From the human T2T-CHM13v2.0 reference genome, Homo sapiens: a stretch of 64,000 nucleotides of DNA. A program made the translations under genes and the position numbers. The notes beneath the pieces are model-generated. The model did not search any database, was not told where the DNA came from, and saw nothing but the letters and a program-made list of their open reading frames with translations. Position 1 is the stretch's first letter, and each line of letters opens with the position of its first letter. The stretch lies in NCBI RefSeq assembly GCF_009914755.1, contig NC_060925.1; one strand, given 5' to 3'. Shown here piece by piece: positions 17,626 to 31,358 of the stretch.

Positions 17626-18087
17626 GGAAAGGCCCATGTATCTACTGTTTTTAAGTAGTGAGTTGAATAAGAAAGACCAAAGAAAAAATAAAACATTTGG
17701 AGAGACTTACTTCTCTTATCAAAGTCAGAAAGCTACAAGTGCTAGAGCTCTGATTGGAACACAAGTTCATTTAAGAACAGAACCCACTATTAACTAGTAT
17801 AATCTACAGGATCAGGCTTGTAACAGTGATTTTATATGCATCATGTTTATGCATTTGCGTTAATTGCCTAGCTCAACATCAACACTGCTCTTCTAATACT
17901 GATTCTGGCTTATAAATGTATTTTCTCATGTCAGGCTTCCAAACTCTGACTATTAAAAATACAAAGGAAAACAATGGGGGTATACATTGGTCAAGTGGAA
18001 CTACAAATTTAGAAAAATAAACCTAAAATCTCCCTGTGAAAAGACAGTTCAGAGATTAGGAGGTTAAAAAAAGGAATCCTTCCTTAC

Positions 18088-18215
18088 CTTCTCTACATCT
18101 CCCAGGCCCTCGGTGTCAAGCAGAACTAATGTGTGATTTGGCCAGTTGGGATGAGGCACACACCATATCCAAATTCCCTTGGTGTGAGACTGCACCGTAG
18201 ATGCAACAGAGAAGC
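18088..18215 (-). CDS. GBP5: GBP5 coding exon 2 of 10 ([15 protein letters not shown]...[12 protein letters not shown]), G2/G3 motifs
   Basis: Acceptor 18216-18217, donor GTAAGG; 128 nt. Confidence 0.96.
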
Positions 18216-18724
18216 CTGTCAGGGGGAGTGAGAGGTTGTAATAGAAGAGAAACTCTGGAAATTGGGGATTTGCTTGATCATTCAGCTAGAGTTTAAGGAA
18301 AGCAAGATGAGGAGATAGCAGAATGTACAACCAGTATTGATTTGAATGATGATGCAGAAATGGAAAAACAATATCAAATACCATAGGTTGGAACTTTGAT
18401 ATTAAAAAAATATTATGCTACTAAAATGTTGCTAGTTTATAATTATGTATACGGGAATTACTTCATTGATGTCTTACTCCTTACAAGGAGAATATATTAT
18501 ACATTTTACAAGAAGAAATCAAGGCAAAGAAAAAAAAAAGAGGTGATATGTCAGGAACAGAGAACTGGTCTTCATCTTCCAAAAGATAAAAAGACCAGCT
18601 GTAGCCTAAACATTGGCTTTTAATATTCATCCTCATGTCTTACTCTCTCCTTGCTTCCTCGTACTGGATGGTGACTGTGTGAATGGACAGAAGGGTTTGG
18701 CAGAGCTTTGCTGGTACCACTCAC

Positions 18725-18914
18725 CCTTGTTCTTCCCAGCCAGCTTGTTCATCAGGTAGGATTTGCCAGTGCGATAGAGGCCCACAATCGCTACCACAAC
18801 TACAGGTTGCGTAATGGCAGACAGGATCTCCAAAGCTTCCTGATTAACCTTCAGCTGCTCATTAAAGTTCTCGATGAGGCACATGGGGTCTGACATGTGG
18901 ATCTCTAAAGCCAT
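18725..18914 (-). CDS. GBP5: GBP5 first coding exon ([10 protein letters not shown]...GLYRTGKS...GKNK); exon begins at 18933 with 19 nt of UTR
   Basis: ATG 18914 in GACATGG Kozak context, P-loop, acceptor 18934-18935, donor GTGAGT. Confidence 0.97.
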
Positions 18915-20113
18915 GTCTAGGATGTTACTTTGCCTGCAAGGGAACAGATGGGATAGGCTGGAATTTCTGGTGTTTGTTTAATAAGCAAAGGAAGTCATTT
19001 TGCTTACTGAACCTGGGGACATACTACTCCCCAGCACTGCCTAAGTTTCTGGAAAAAAAAAGTTTTAAAATAAAAAGAGTCCTGTAAAATAGAGAGACTT
19101 TATTTTAAAACAAAAGTAAGTCCTAGGCCCTTTATATGTCTACTATAGGCCATTCTACTGGTTCTTAAATATTTGATAGGCATACGAAAATCCATTTCCT
19201 GCGTCTAACCTACTAGTTTGAATCTAACTCTTATTCCATTGGTTTTTGGCTTAGTTATGTTTTTTAGTTTTTACCTCCCTGGGTTCCTATATTAATTCTT
19301 TATGATGTTCTTTATTAATATATTACACTGTTCCTTTTACTTTGTGTCAACTTCATTTTTTTCAGTTAGATCTATGTCCAGTCAAACTGCATTACATTAA
19401 ATACTACCAAGTCATTATGCAGCATTATCTAACAAATCATAGCTGTTTGCTTCTTAGTGATATACTTGAAATTTTTTACATAGTTACTAATGTGCTTTAT
19501 TAAACCAAAACTTCAAAGCATGATTATTTTATGATTGACTGAATGAGTAAAACAACTTCCTTTAATAATACTTAACCTATTTTTTTCTAACTTCTGAGCA
19601 TCAATCCCTATAACCTAAAGAGTCTCTGGTTAAAAAAAATGTTTGAGCTATATGAGAAAAAGCAAATGCCATAAAAATATGCTTTTCTACTTTGCCTTAT
19701 CATAAAGGATAGTTTTCTTCCATTTTAAAGGTGGTTATTTACTAAGGATGCTAAAACTTCACTATCCGCTTGACGAGTTCTTTCACTAAAATCTTACAAT
19801 GAAAAGGTTTGGATTCTCCATCTCTTTACTAGCAAATTTCAAAAACTGTCATTTTACAATTATGAAGACCCATTCTCCCTGCTTCCTCATAGCTAATGCC
19901 CTGGAAATCATTATGTTGACATAAATTAAAACAGAAACTGCTTGGCAGCAGAAAATAGGATATCCATTTGCAAATGGTGTAGCACTAGGACATGGGAGTC
20001 AGGAAATGCCTAGTGCAAGCCTGACCCAGAAAGAGGCAATTTTGCAACAAATTTAGAGACTCAAATGGCAGGTCTCTTCTCATTCTAATCTATTTTCAAT
20101 GTAGTATTAGTAC

Positions 20114-20221
20114 CTTATATATGTAGAATTCTGGTTGCCTGATTTGTATGCAGCGGAGGCCAGAATAATTTTTCCACTAGAAAGATATGGGCACCTTGAA
20201 GTGATGATCTACAACAATTAG
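20114..20221 (-). other. GBP5: Candidate optional non-coding 5' UTR exon of GBP5
   Basis: Strong acceptor TCTTTTGTTTTTCTAG ending at 20222 and donor AAG|GTACTA, 108 nt; splice signals only. Confidence 0.5.
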
Positions 20222-21810
20222 CTAGAAAAACAAAAGATACATAAGCCAAATCTATAAGCAGATATTGAGAGCTTACAAGATCTTATGATTTGGGATGATG
20301 TCACTAAGGAAGAGGGAATGAATGTGTCTGAGTGTTCAGACTCTCTTATGAATGACAATAGCATTGTATATCTACATTAATAATAGTATTTGACATGTTG
20401 TCCCCAATGTCATCTGGATAGCATCTTTAATGCTTTTAGTAAAGCCAAATTTCTAAAACATTATTGCAGATTTAATGTGTTCAAGCCACAAACATAACTG
20501 TTGCTCTGTTATTCATAACTTAGTGTTCTGGGATGCATTCTCCCTAACTGCTTGAGCCCTATAACCTTTGCAAATAAAAACAATGCAAGAATGGTTCAAA
20601 ATACACACACAAAATGCACATTTTGCCCTTGCCTTAAATTAGACTTGATTTCCAACCCCAGCCCTACAACTGGCTATCTGTATCTCTCTGGCATTTCACT
20701 CAATTCTTTCAGCTTGTTTTCTAAAAAAGCAAAAGTAAATAAACAACTATTTATTAACATCAGTATAACTGCTGGCTTATGAAAGAGAGTGAGCGAGCTG
20801 CAGGAGATTTTAAAAAGTGCAAAGAAGGAAAATGCCCAAAAAAAATACTAAGAGAAAATGCTCAGAAGTGGTAGTGGAAGGATTTCTGAAAGAAAACATC
20901 TGTTTTCAGCCATATGATTCTAGTTTGGGTTTTGCGCCTGCATTTGTATATGTAGTTGTTATTGCTTGCTTTTGCTTATTTTGCATAGTTTCTGGTTTGA
21001 ATTTCAAGGAAAAGGAAAAGGCTCTTATTAAGGATATAAATGGAAATCAAACTAGTACAAAATGCTTGAAGTATGTGTCATGGTAAGAAATTCAAAGGAG
21101 AGAATTTCAACGAGTGAACAGTTGCCAGACAGTATTGAGGGATCCAGTTGGGCAACTGTTAAATTAGGTGATTCATAATAGTAAAGGCAATAGAGTAGTA
21201 GAAGCAGAACCCAACACAAAAGGGGTTAGTTAAGTGAGTAGATGCCAAGAAACCAACATGAATTAAGTCAGGGCTATTGCTAAAGGAAGAAATCTACTTT
21301 CAAACAAAGTACAAGACTATGACTAAAAATACATCACTGTTTTCATGAAACTTCTCTCTGGGCAACATTTTTTTCTTGTCCTTAATGTTTGCAAGCTACT
21401 TACATTGCATCATATTCATTGTTCTTTCTCATGAAAATAATAGCTATCATAGTTTTTGAAACTTTCATGCTGAAGTTCGAGTCAGTTTAATCAGATTTTA
21501 TGAAGGACGAAGGTAACTTAAGTGGAAATTATGATCCTGAATAAGTCATAAAATTGCAAAGGAAGAAAAATAATTTGAAGGCATTTCAAACTCTTAGTTT
21601 AGTCACCACACACATTGATGTCTAATTCAGCAAGAGGCAGACACAGCTGGTACTTGATGAATTCTGCTGCCTGTCTGATAAGAATACAATTTATTCTTTA
21701 CTGAGGTCTGATATACCACATCAGGATAAGCTGCATCCTATCCTTTGTAGAATGTTTCTAAAACCAAATGAATCTTGCAAATCTCTTCCACCTCTTGCCC
21801 CAGTCTTACC

Positions 21811-23248
21811 GTGTCCGGAATTGGTGGGTTCTTGGTCTCACTGACTTCAAGAATGAAGCCGCGGACCCTAGCGTTGAGTGTCACGGTTCTTAAAGGTGGC
21901 GTGTCACGAGTTTGCTCCTTCTGATGTTCGGATGTGTTTGGAGTTTCTTCCTTCTGGTGGGTTCGTGGTCTGGCTGGCTCAGGAGTGAAGCTGCAGACCT
22001 TCGCGGTGAGTGTTACAGCTCTTAAGGCTGCGCGTCTGGAGTTGTTTGTTCCTCCTGGTGGGTTCGTGGTCTCGCTGGCTTCAGGAGTGAAGCTGCAGAC
22101 ATTCCCAGTGAGTGTTACAGCTCATAAAGGCAGTGTGGACCCAAAGAGTGAGCAGCAGCAAGATTTATTGCAAAGAGTGAAAGAACAAAGGTTCCACAGC
22201 CTGGAGGGTGACCTCAGTGGGTTGCCACTGCTGGCTACTTCTCTTATCTGGCCCCACCCACATCCTGCTGATGGGTCCATTTTACAGAGAGCCGATTGGT
22301 CCATTTTACAGAGAGCTGATTGGTCTGTTTTGACAGGGTGCTGATTGGTGTGTTTACAATCCCTGAGCTGGACACAAAAGTTCTTCATGTCCCCACTAGA
22401 TTAGCTAGATACAGAGTGTGGATTGGCCTATTTACAAACCTTGAGCTAGATACAGAGTGCTGATTGGTGCATTTACAAACCTTGAGGTAGATACAGAGTG
22501 CTGATTGGTGCATTTACAATCCCTTAGCTAGACATAAAGATTCTCCAAGTCCCCACCAGATTAAATAGATACAGAGTGCTGATTGGTGTATTTACAATCC
22601 CTTAGCTAGACATAAAGATTCTCCAAGTTCCCACTAGACTCAAGAGCCCAGCTGGCTTCACCCAGTGGATCTTGCACCGGGCAGCAGGTGGAGCTGCCTG
22701 CCAGTCCTGCTCCATGCACTGGCACTCCTCGGTCCTTGGGCCATGGATGGGACAGGGTGCTGTGGAGCAGGGGTCAGCACAGGTTGGGGAGGCTCAGGCA
22801 GCACAGGAACCCATGGCGGGGTGAGGTGGGGAGCGGGAGAGGGGAGGAGGCTCAGGCATGGCAGGCTGCAGGTCCCCAGCCCTGCCCCACCGGGAGGCAG
22901 CTAAGGCCCTGCAAGAAGTGGAGCACAGCAGCTGCTGGCCCAGGTGCTAAGCCCCTCACTGCCTGGGGCCGCTCCGAGTGCAGGTCCCTCAGAGCCCAAG
23001 CCCACCCAGAACTCGCGCTGGCCCTCAAGCACCGGGCGCAGCCCCAGTTCCCACCCCTGCCTCTCCCTCCACACCTCCCAGCAAGCTGAGGGAGCCAGCT
23101 CCGGCCTCGGCCAGCCCAGGAAGGGGCTCCCACAGTGCAGCGGAGGGCTGAAGGGCTCCTCAAGTGCCGCCAGAGTGGGTGCCCAGGCAGAGGAGGCACC
23201 GAGAGCGAGGGAGGGCTGCAAGGGCTGCCAGCACGCCGTCACCTCTCA
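21811..23248 (-). mobile_element. LTR12C (ERV9) solo LTR, promoter and first exon of GBP5
   Basis: TGAGAGGTGACGGCGTGCTGG start, CCAATTCCGGACAC end, tandem CCAAT (NF-Y) repeats at about 22290-22590; flanked by TTACC direct repeats; donor G|GTAAGA at its 3' edge. An LTR12C promoter for GBP5 is established knowledge. Confidence 0.93.
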
Positions 23249-23260
23249 TTACCTTGATTA

Positions 23261-23956
<696 letters not shown>

Positions 23957-24649
23957 ACTGCAGAGAATCCTTTCAGTGCCAGCCATACTCCTCCCTGCTT
24001 CCATTGTTGTTGTTACTAGAAGAGAAATTTGAGATCTTTCACAGTTGTTCAAAGTATGTGGTATTTCAAACCTAGCTTGAAATACGTTGACATTCATCTC
24101 CAGTTTGGGAGTAGGCCAGGGGAAGAGCTCATATGATTTTTGAGGTCTGTTGTTGTGAAATGTTAGAGCTGCTCACACAGGACTAAGTTTGTTACTTTCG
24201 CAGTAGGTTCAGTAGCTGAGAACTTTAACTCACAGGCAAGGACAAAGTTTTTGGCACTTAGTACATGATGAATGATAACAAGGATATTATTTATTAGACA
24301 TTTGTAATGCCCTGGACAGGTTTCACTACTTTGTGTGGATTATTCTATTTTAATTCTCCCAACAAATGCTTTCTCCCAATTTTACAAAAGCTAGGACACA
24401 GGGAGATTTAGTAACTTGCCCAAAATCACAGAGCTACTAATAAATGGATCTTAAGACTGAAACCCAAGCACTTTATTGTAGTCCTTTTGTGTTTGTTGAG
24501 TGAATCATCATAATAATCATCATTATTATTGTCCCTTTTTAATAAATGGATTCTAAGATCTGGACACTAAATATCTCATATTATCCTGGTTTCAATCCTA
24601 CAAGACAATTTTTTTTCTATCTTTATTTTACAATGAACAGAGTGGCTGT

Positions 24650-25184
24650 TAGGCAGTATTTTTGGAGCTTTAGTTCCTAGACAAGGATTTGTGAGCAAGG
24701 GATATTTATTTTGAAGGTGCTCATAAGAAACGGGGTAGGACAGTGGGAAAGTGAAAACTGGAACGGAATGAAGCCAGTGACTGGGAACATATCTAGCAGG
24801 TTTTGTTGTGGGAACCAGGAGTTAGATCTCCTCAGGTAACTCTAGGAAACAATGTAAAATCTGCCTCCAATTTCCCTCTTGGGTGGGTTAGAAACCTGGG
24901 GTACTTTTCTTCCAACTTCCTTTCATTTCTGGATAAAGACTGGTCCTGAAAGCATAACCCCCTTGCACTCCTGACCTGGCCCACGTGTGGGCTGAGAAAA
25001 AATGCTTAGATGAAGGATCTCTGATGTTTGCAGTGAGATGCCATTGGAATGTGCAAGGTTGAGTGATAAAGGGAGATGGCCTTCACAGATGTTGTGGGTA
25101 TCCCATCCATATTGCCCCTATCTTATGCAAAGATCAACCTTTCCTTAATGGCTTCTTCAATTTTGTGGCTGGTCGTTAGTTTAA

Positions 25185-25219
<35 letters not shown>

Positions 25220-26750
25220 AGGAAAGTCTAAGCTATAGTCCTCTTTGCTGCAACTGATTTTGTGATCCTAACTGATATTCAAGATCTTCTCCTCTATTAC
25301 CCATTCTAGGTTTTGCTCATACTTGATCAGGAGTTCTCCTTGTCTAGGTTGCCTTCTCAGTGGAGAGAAACATTTCTTCATTTCTGAGAAACCAGAAGAC
25401 CTATTTCTGTGCTTTAATAAGGCTGTAGTTACTTCCAGTGCATCTTAACAGGCCATGCAAGCACCAAGAGTATCCCAGGGAATCCTTTGAGTGCCAGCCA
25501 TACTCCTCCCTGCTTCCATTATGTACTATTTCCTCACAGAAACCATAATCATTTAAGCTTGCCAGTAGATCAATCCTTTTAATTGCCTGCTGGCTTGTCT
25601 ACAAACATGAAATTCATAAAATGACCAGGTGGCAGCTATAGTTTCAGATTTAGTAGAACTTTACTATGACCCCTGGTAGAAAAACTGCTTAACTTCACCC
25701 TGAGAACTGGCCCTCTAGTCCAGCAGACTAGACAATGGATCACAAATTCACAAATAATTCAACGGAGAATACTCCTACTTTAACGCTTTGGTTCCCAGGC
25801 TCATATATTCCAGCTAGCATATAATATCCTTTAGTTATCCAATTATATACTGCATATTGAATGACAGTCCCCAACCCCACAATGGTCTCTACTGGCCATT
25901 CCAGTTTTGTTAGGCTGGCAGCTTTTAGATGATGTATAAGGACTAGTGGATTCCATGGTTACATTCGCATTGTTGTGCCTCTTTACTGTAAAGTAAAACT
26001 TTCAAAACTTTCTCTAAGCTGATGTTTAGTAGGATTTTAGGACATTTAAACAGACACTGCAAGTCCTCGAATAGGTGCTGGCTGAACCACTCTCAACAGG
26101 GGAATATCCATACCCAGAATTTATGTCAATTTCAGTAAAAAAAAAAAAAAATCACAGACTCCTCCAAGGTGCAAAAGGACTGATTTGATTACCCTGACAT
26201 CTAGTGGTCTGGTTGGTCTTCTTGAAGGGTGGTGTTATACTGAAGGCTCAGTGTCAATTTTTGTTGTCTTTGGGCCAATATTTAACGTGTAGTGAGATTG
26301 GCCTTGGTGAGAGGAAGCCCAGGTTGATGGGTCCATGCAAAGATTTCATCCCTGCTACCGTATCTGTTCTGTGCAAACACTAGGTAGCTGAGGATAAAGC
26401 CTGGCTCAAATCTACTGGATAAGTCATTTTAGCCACCTGGTTTGTTCAGTGTCTCTCTAAAACCTATATACTCTGGTTGACATTGACTTAAGACATAAAG
26501 ATCCACACACTTTATGCACTTATTCCTATAGATTTACCTACAGACCTGTTTATTTCTGATCCTACAATTGTGCCAAGGCCAACTACATAAACCATTCTCC
26601 ACTGCTCAAGATTCTGTATATAGCCTTACTTCAGGCCACTTCTTCCTTTACACAAAATTGCTTACCTGTTAACTGTTTAAAATCTGTCCACAGAGAACAT
26701 TTCACAACAATATTTTTGGGGGCCATCCCTAGCTGCAGCAGCAATGTATT
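24650..26750 (-). mobile_element. LTR33-like ERVL LTR followed by decayed ERVL internal sequence
   Basis: AGACAAGGATTTG...TTTATTTTGAAGGTG...GTGGGAAAGTGA pattern resembles LTR33; boundaries approximate; (TA)n(CA)n at about 25185-25217. Confidence 0.5.
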
Positions 26751-28371
26751 TCAATTTGGTTTCTATAAATAATAGACATTGGAGACTACAGAAGATGGGT
26801 AGGTAGAAGTGGGGAGAGGGTTGAAAAGTTACCTATTAGGTACGATGTTCACTATATGGGTGATGGATACAGTAAAAGCCAAGATTCCACTGCTATACAA
26901 TACAGGCATGTAAGAAATCTGCCTTTGTACTCCCCAAATCTATACTAATAAAATTTTTATGAATAAAAATAAACAAAAACTAATCCAACTAAAATTCTAA
27001 CTATTGTAAAAATTAATTAGTATTAAAACTAAAAGTAAAGATATTTTCAGACAAAAAAGTAGGAAAACCCAAACACTGGAATTAGAACAGATAATTTTAT
27101 GCCTGGAGTTATGCTCTCAGGTATGTTGAAAACTTCTTGTATACACTTTCAAAATTCCACTGGCCTCATATCTTACTACATCCTCTGCTGACATCACCAT
27201 TTCAGCAGCTTTGCACAGGCATCACTGGGTTGGTGCTTCATATTTTCGATGCTTCTGCAGCTAGTATTCCAGCAAGAACTTGCTCAACACCTTTTCATGT
27301 ACAACACAGAACTGTGAGAAAGTTATCATGCATGATAGAAGCCAATGAGGAAATGGCTTTCTTTCTTGTTTTCTGTGTGTTCCATTCTGACGTGCCTCTC
27401 ATAACATGTTTTAGAGAACAGTGGTGAAATGGAATAGCGGTGACCCACAGTGGTGACCAAATCAATAACATTATTTCATTGGCCTATCCTCCTTTCCTGT
27501 TTTACTTCCCTGATCCTCTCTCCTGTTTCTTTATATTTTCTTTTAGGGTCATTTTTCTAAAGAAAACTCTTTTTAGCCAGGCCTTTCTCCCAGGCTCTGA
27601 ATTTGGGAGAACATAGAATAAGACAGATGGTAATGGAGATCCTGGCACGCAACTCCACAGGGTTGGAATTTTAGAGTGAATCACTAATTGGCCAAAGATC
27701 CATAAAGTCTATACAGGCAGTAATAAGTGGAAAGATGGTAACTTCTTACATGTAGGTGAACTGGAATGAGACGCAAGTGGAAAATGAAGTGTTGGGTTAG
27801 GCTGTGGGCCTTTAAACGGTATATGGGTCTTTGGTAATTATAAGGATGTTAGAGTCAGCTGACATTTGTTAATTGCCTGAAAAAGCCATGGAAAAAGAAA
27901 ATAATAAGCTATGAATGTTCCTTGGGGTCCCTAATCTGCCATGTAAGAAGTCCAACTACCCTAAGACTGTCATGCTGAAGAGACAAGACCAAATGTAAGC
28001 ACTATAGTTGATATTCACAAATGGGCTCAAGCCTCTAACCATTGTCAACAAGGCCACAGTTATGTGAGTGAGGCCATCCCGGCCCACAAAATCAGTGCAT
28101 CTGTTAACGAAATACCCAGGATCTGCAGCTGGAACCATTTGGAGTTAAAGCGTCACCCAGTCAAGCCTAACCTGAGTTTCTGACTGGCATAGTAATGAAA
28201 TCATTGTATGTGTTATACAATATTGTAGTTAACTGCAATAAAATATTTTTTATTTAAAGCCACTAAATTTTGATGTATTTATAAGTAGCAATATGTAACC
28301 AGAGCATGGGTAAGTATAATTTACCTTGACCACAATAAGGAACTAGAGTTGTTTTTAATTTTTTGGAACAC

Positions 28372-28471
28372 AGGGCATCGCTTGTTTTTTTCAAGCGATG
28401 AAACCACGGTAGCAGCAACCATAGGGCATCGCTTGGTTTTTCAAACGATGAAACCACAGTAGCAGCAACCA
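28372..28471. repeat. Tandem duplication of a 51-bp unit containing a hairpin
   Basis: AGGGCATCGCTTG-Tn-CAA(G/A)CGATGAAACCAC(G/A)GTAGCAGCAACCA, two copies. Confidence 0.9.
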
Positions 28472-28600
28472 CCACAGTTAAAAAAAAAATGAAGGTAACT
28501 TAAGGGTTTAAACTTCTTAGGGTGAGGTTTGGCTCAGTTTACAAACAAATTGCAACATCCAAAGTGCTGCCTGAGGATTAAAGAAATCTCAAATAAGTGG

Positions 28601-28972
28601 TGCTATGGTTTGAATGTATGTGTCCCTTCAAAATTTATACACTGTAACTTAATACTGAAAGTGATAGTATTAAGAGGTAGGCCTTTTAAGAAGTGATTAC
28701 ATCATGAGCACACCACCCTCACGAATAGGATTAGTGTTCTTATAAAAGAGGTTGAAAGGGGTGCCCTAATCCCTTTTGCCTTTTTCCTCATGTCAGGACA
28801 CATACATTGCACCATCTTGGAAGCAGAGAGTGAGCCTTCACCAGACATCAGATCTGCTGGTGCCTTGATCTTGGACTCCCCAGCCTCTAAAACTGTGAAA
28901 AATAAATTTCTCTGATGTATAAATGACCTAGTCTGTGATATTTTGTTACAGCAGCATGGAAGGACTAAGATA
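28601..28972 (+). mobile_element. MLT1A MaLR LTR
   Basis: TGCTATGGTTTGAATG start, GGACTAAGATA end, TSD AGTGG. Confidence 0.85.
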
Positions 28973-29329
28973 AGTGGTATAAGAGGCAGATGAAAAAGGG
29001 ATAAAAGACTACAAATTGGGTACAGTGTATACTGCTGTGGTGATGGGTGCCCCAAAATCTCACAAATCACCACTAAACAACTTACTCATGTAACCAAATA
29101 CCACCTATTCCCCAAGAACTTATGTAAATAATTTTTCAATGACACATGCCATAAAAAACATTCAAACCCCTATAATTAAAGAGTTCAGATGTCTTCATAA
29201 AAACAATCAATCAAAGTCTCAAAATCTGCTCTTGTAAGCAGGAGATAGTTTTTCCTACTAACCTTTTGTTAAATCTCAACAATTCCCAGCTGATAAGACC
29301 TTGAAAGAGATTCTATGATGGGCTGTCCC

Positions 29330-29908
29330 ACTGGAGAGGGCAAGTGGATTGAATGATATTATGAGTTGGACTGTACTAGCACTCCTTGTATACCACTTCA
29401 AATGTATCATGGATCTACTTCACACTCCAGGTTCTGTTATTGGAACCAGTCCTACATGGGCTGGGATAAGCTTCATGCTGATGAGCACTTTGCTTCAGTC
29501 CAGTGCCCTGTGGCATTTATTTCTTGCCATGAGGCTTTTCAGATCCTGCAGCACAGATCTCACACTAAAACACACTTAGCACTCATTCTCTCAAAAATTG
29601 AAACATAAGCCAAACTTTATCAATAAAAGATGAGAGCTGATGGATAAATTCTTTCCTTTCTCAACTTGTTGGGGGAATGGTTCTGAAATGCATTCTGTAA
29701 CATTTCTCAAGACTCCATTTGAATTGACATCTCTATCACAGCAGTGCTGAATTGATAACCCATTCTTTGATTGACTTTCCTTCCTTCCCTGTTTCATTCT
29801 ATTTCTCATTTCTGCTCCGTAGAATCATATTCCCACTTAAGCCATCTACAAGCAAGCCTTTATTTTGGGCATTTCAGGCTATGCTTTGAGGGAAATTAAA
29901 GCTAGACA
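29330..29908 (+). mobile_element. LTR16-like ERVL LTR (a similar fragment at about 27420-27625)
   Basis: GATGGATAAATTCTTTCC...CTTTCCTTCCTTCCCTG...AGCTAGACA pattern; start approximate. Confidence 0.5.
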
Positions 29909-30073
29909 ACCAGGAATTTATTATTTTATATATCAGAATACCAATATTAATCAAGTTTATTAAAGTGAACTTAGGGTATTCTTTTATTCCTACTCTACTT
30001 TCTGTTTGCAATTTATTTCACTTCTAGTAACAATTTGGATTCCATACTGGACATCTATGTACTTAGTTATCTA

Positions 30074-30168
30074 ATTATATATATATTATATATATATAAT
30101 TTTAATATATAATATATATAATTATAATATATTATTTATAATATAATTATATATATGTAATATATATA
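30074..30168. repeat. AT-rich (TA)n low-complexity tract, followed by L2-like sequence to about 30900
   Basis: Direct inspection. Confidence 0.8.
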
Positions 30169-31358
30169 AAGTGACACCTCTACTTTTAAAATAGACCCAG
30201 ACTCTGACCACTTTTTGGCCCCTTTCCTGCCACCTTTCCAGTATGTCACCATTATCTCTCATTGAGATGATTACAGGAAACGCCAATATGACTCTCTGCT
30301 TCTATTCTTTCTCTATTTCAGCATTTTGTGTGGTTCTTTTTACATCATAAGTTAGATAACGTAATTGCAATGCCCCAAATTTCCCAATGACTTGTAAATC
30401 TTTAAAAGATCCTTAAAAACGAAAGTCTTAATATTGGCTTAATAAATCTTTCTCCTAACCTCTTCTGCACCTCACTTCCTACTGCATGCTGCTGCCTTCT
30501 TGCTGTTCCTTGACAGGATTTGTCCTGTCCAAGATGTTGCACATGCTATTCATAGTACTTACAAAACTCTTCCTTCAGATATATACTGCTACTCACTCTC
30601 TTCTTTCAAACGTTTTCCCATCAATGGTGTATGGTATCTTGTATGAACACTCAAATTCATAAACTTCTCTCTTCCTCTGACTCAAATTTTTATTTCTCCC
30701 CTCTTTTTTTCCATAGGACTTATCATCATCTGATGTATTTTGCTGATTTATTTATTTATTTATATCCTCTATAGCTCCTTTAGAAAGTTTCATGTGATGG
30801 GTCTTTGTACCTGTTTTGTTCATTGCTATTATCTCTAGCACTTCAAATACTACATAGTATAAAACAGATACTTAACAAATACTGTTTAAATGAATTAACA
30901 AATAGGTGAGTAAACAAATGACCTGTGGTATATTCAATATTTGTAAAATATGACACAAATTCAAGGTAGAGACTTAACTCAGTTACAGTCTCTAACAGAT
31001 CATCTCCCCGCTGACCACAGTTCACTAGTACAATGGTGTGCACCCAAACCAAGCTAATATAGTGGTGCTTCCTCAACTTAGGACAAGTGATTTGGACTCT
31101 TAATGATATGAGAAGACTGGTCAAGCAAACATACAAATATATACTTAGACACATGTAGTAAATCAGTAGTTCAGAAGATCCTGACTAAGCTAAGCAATCA
31201 GGATAAATTTGCCAAATTGAAGAAGAGATCATATTGGGAGCAGGACAGCTATTTAAGGAGTTTTAAGTCATATCCTATATGAGAATAGATGTACCTTTGC
31301 TCTGATTAAAAGAGAAGTCTCTCCTGATAAAAGGAACATCTTGTGAACACTAACATGG

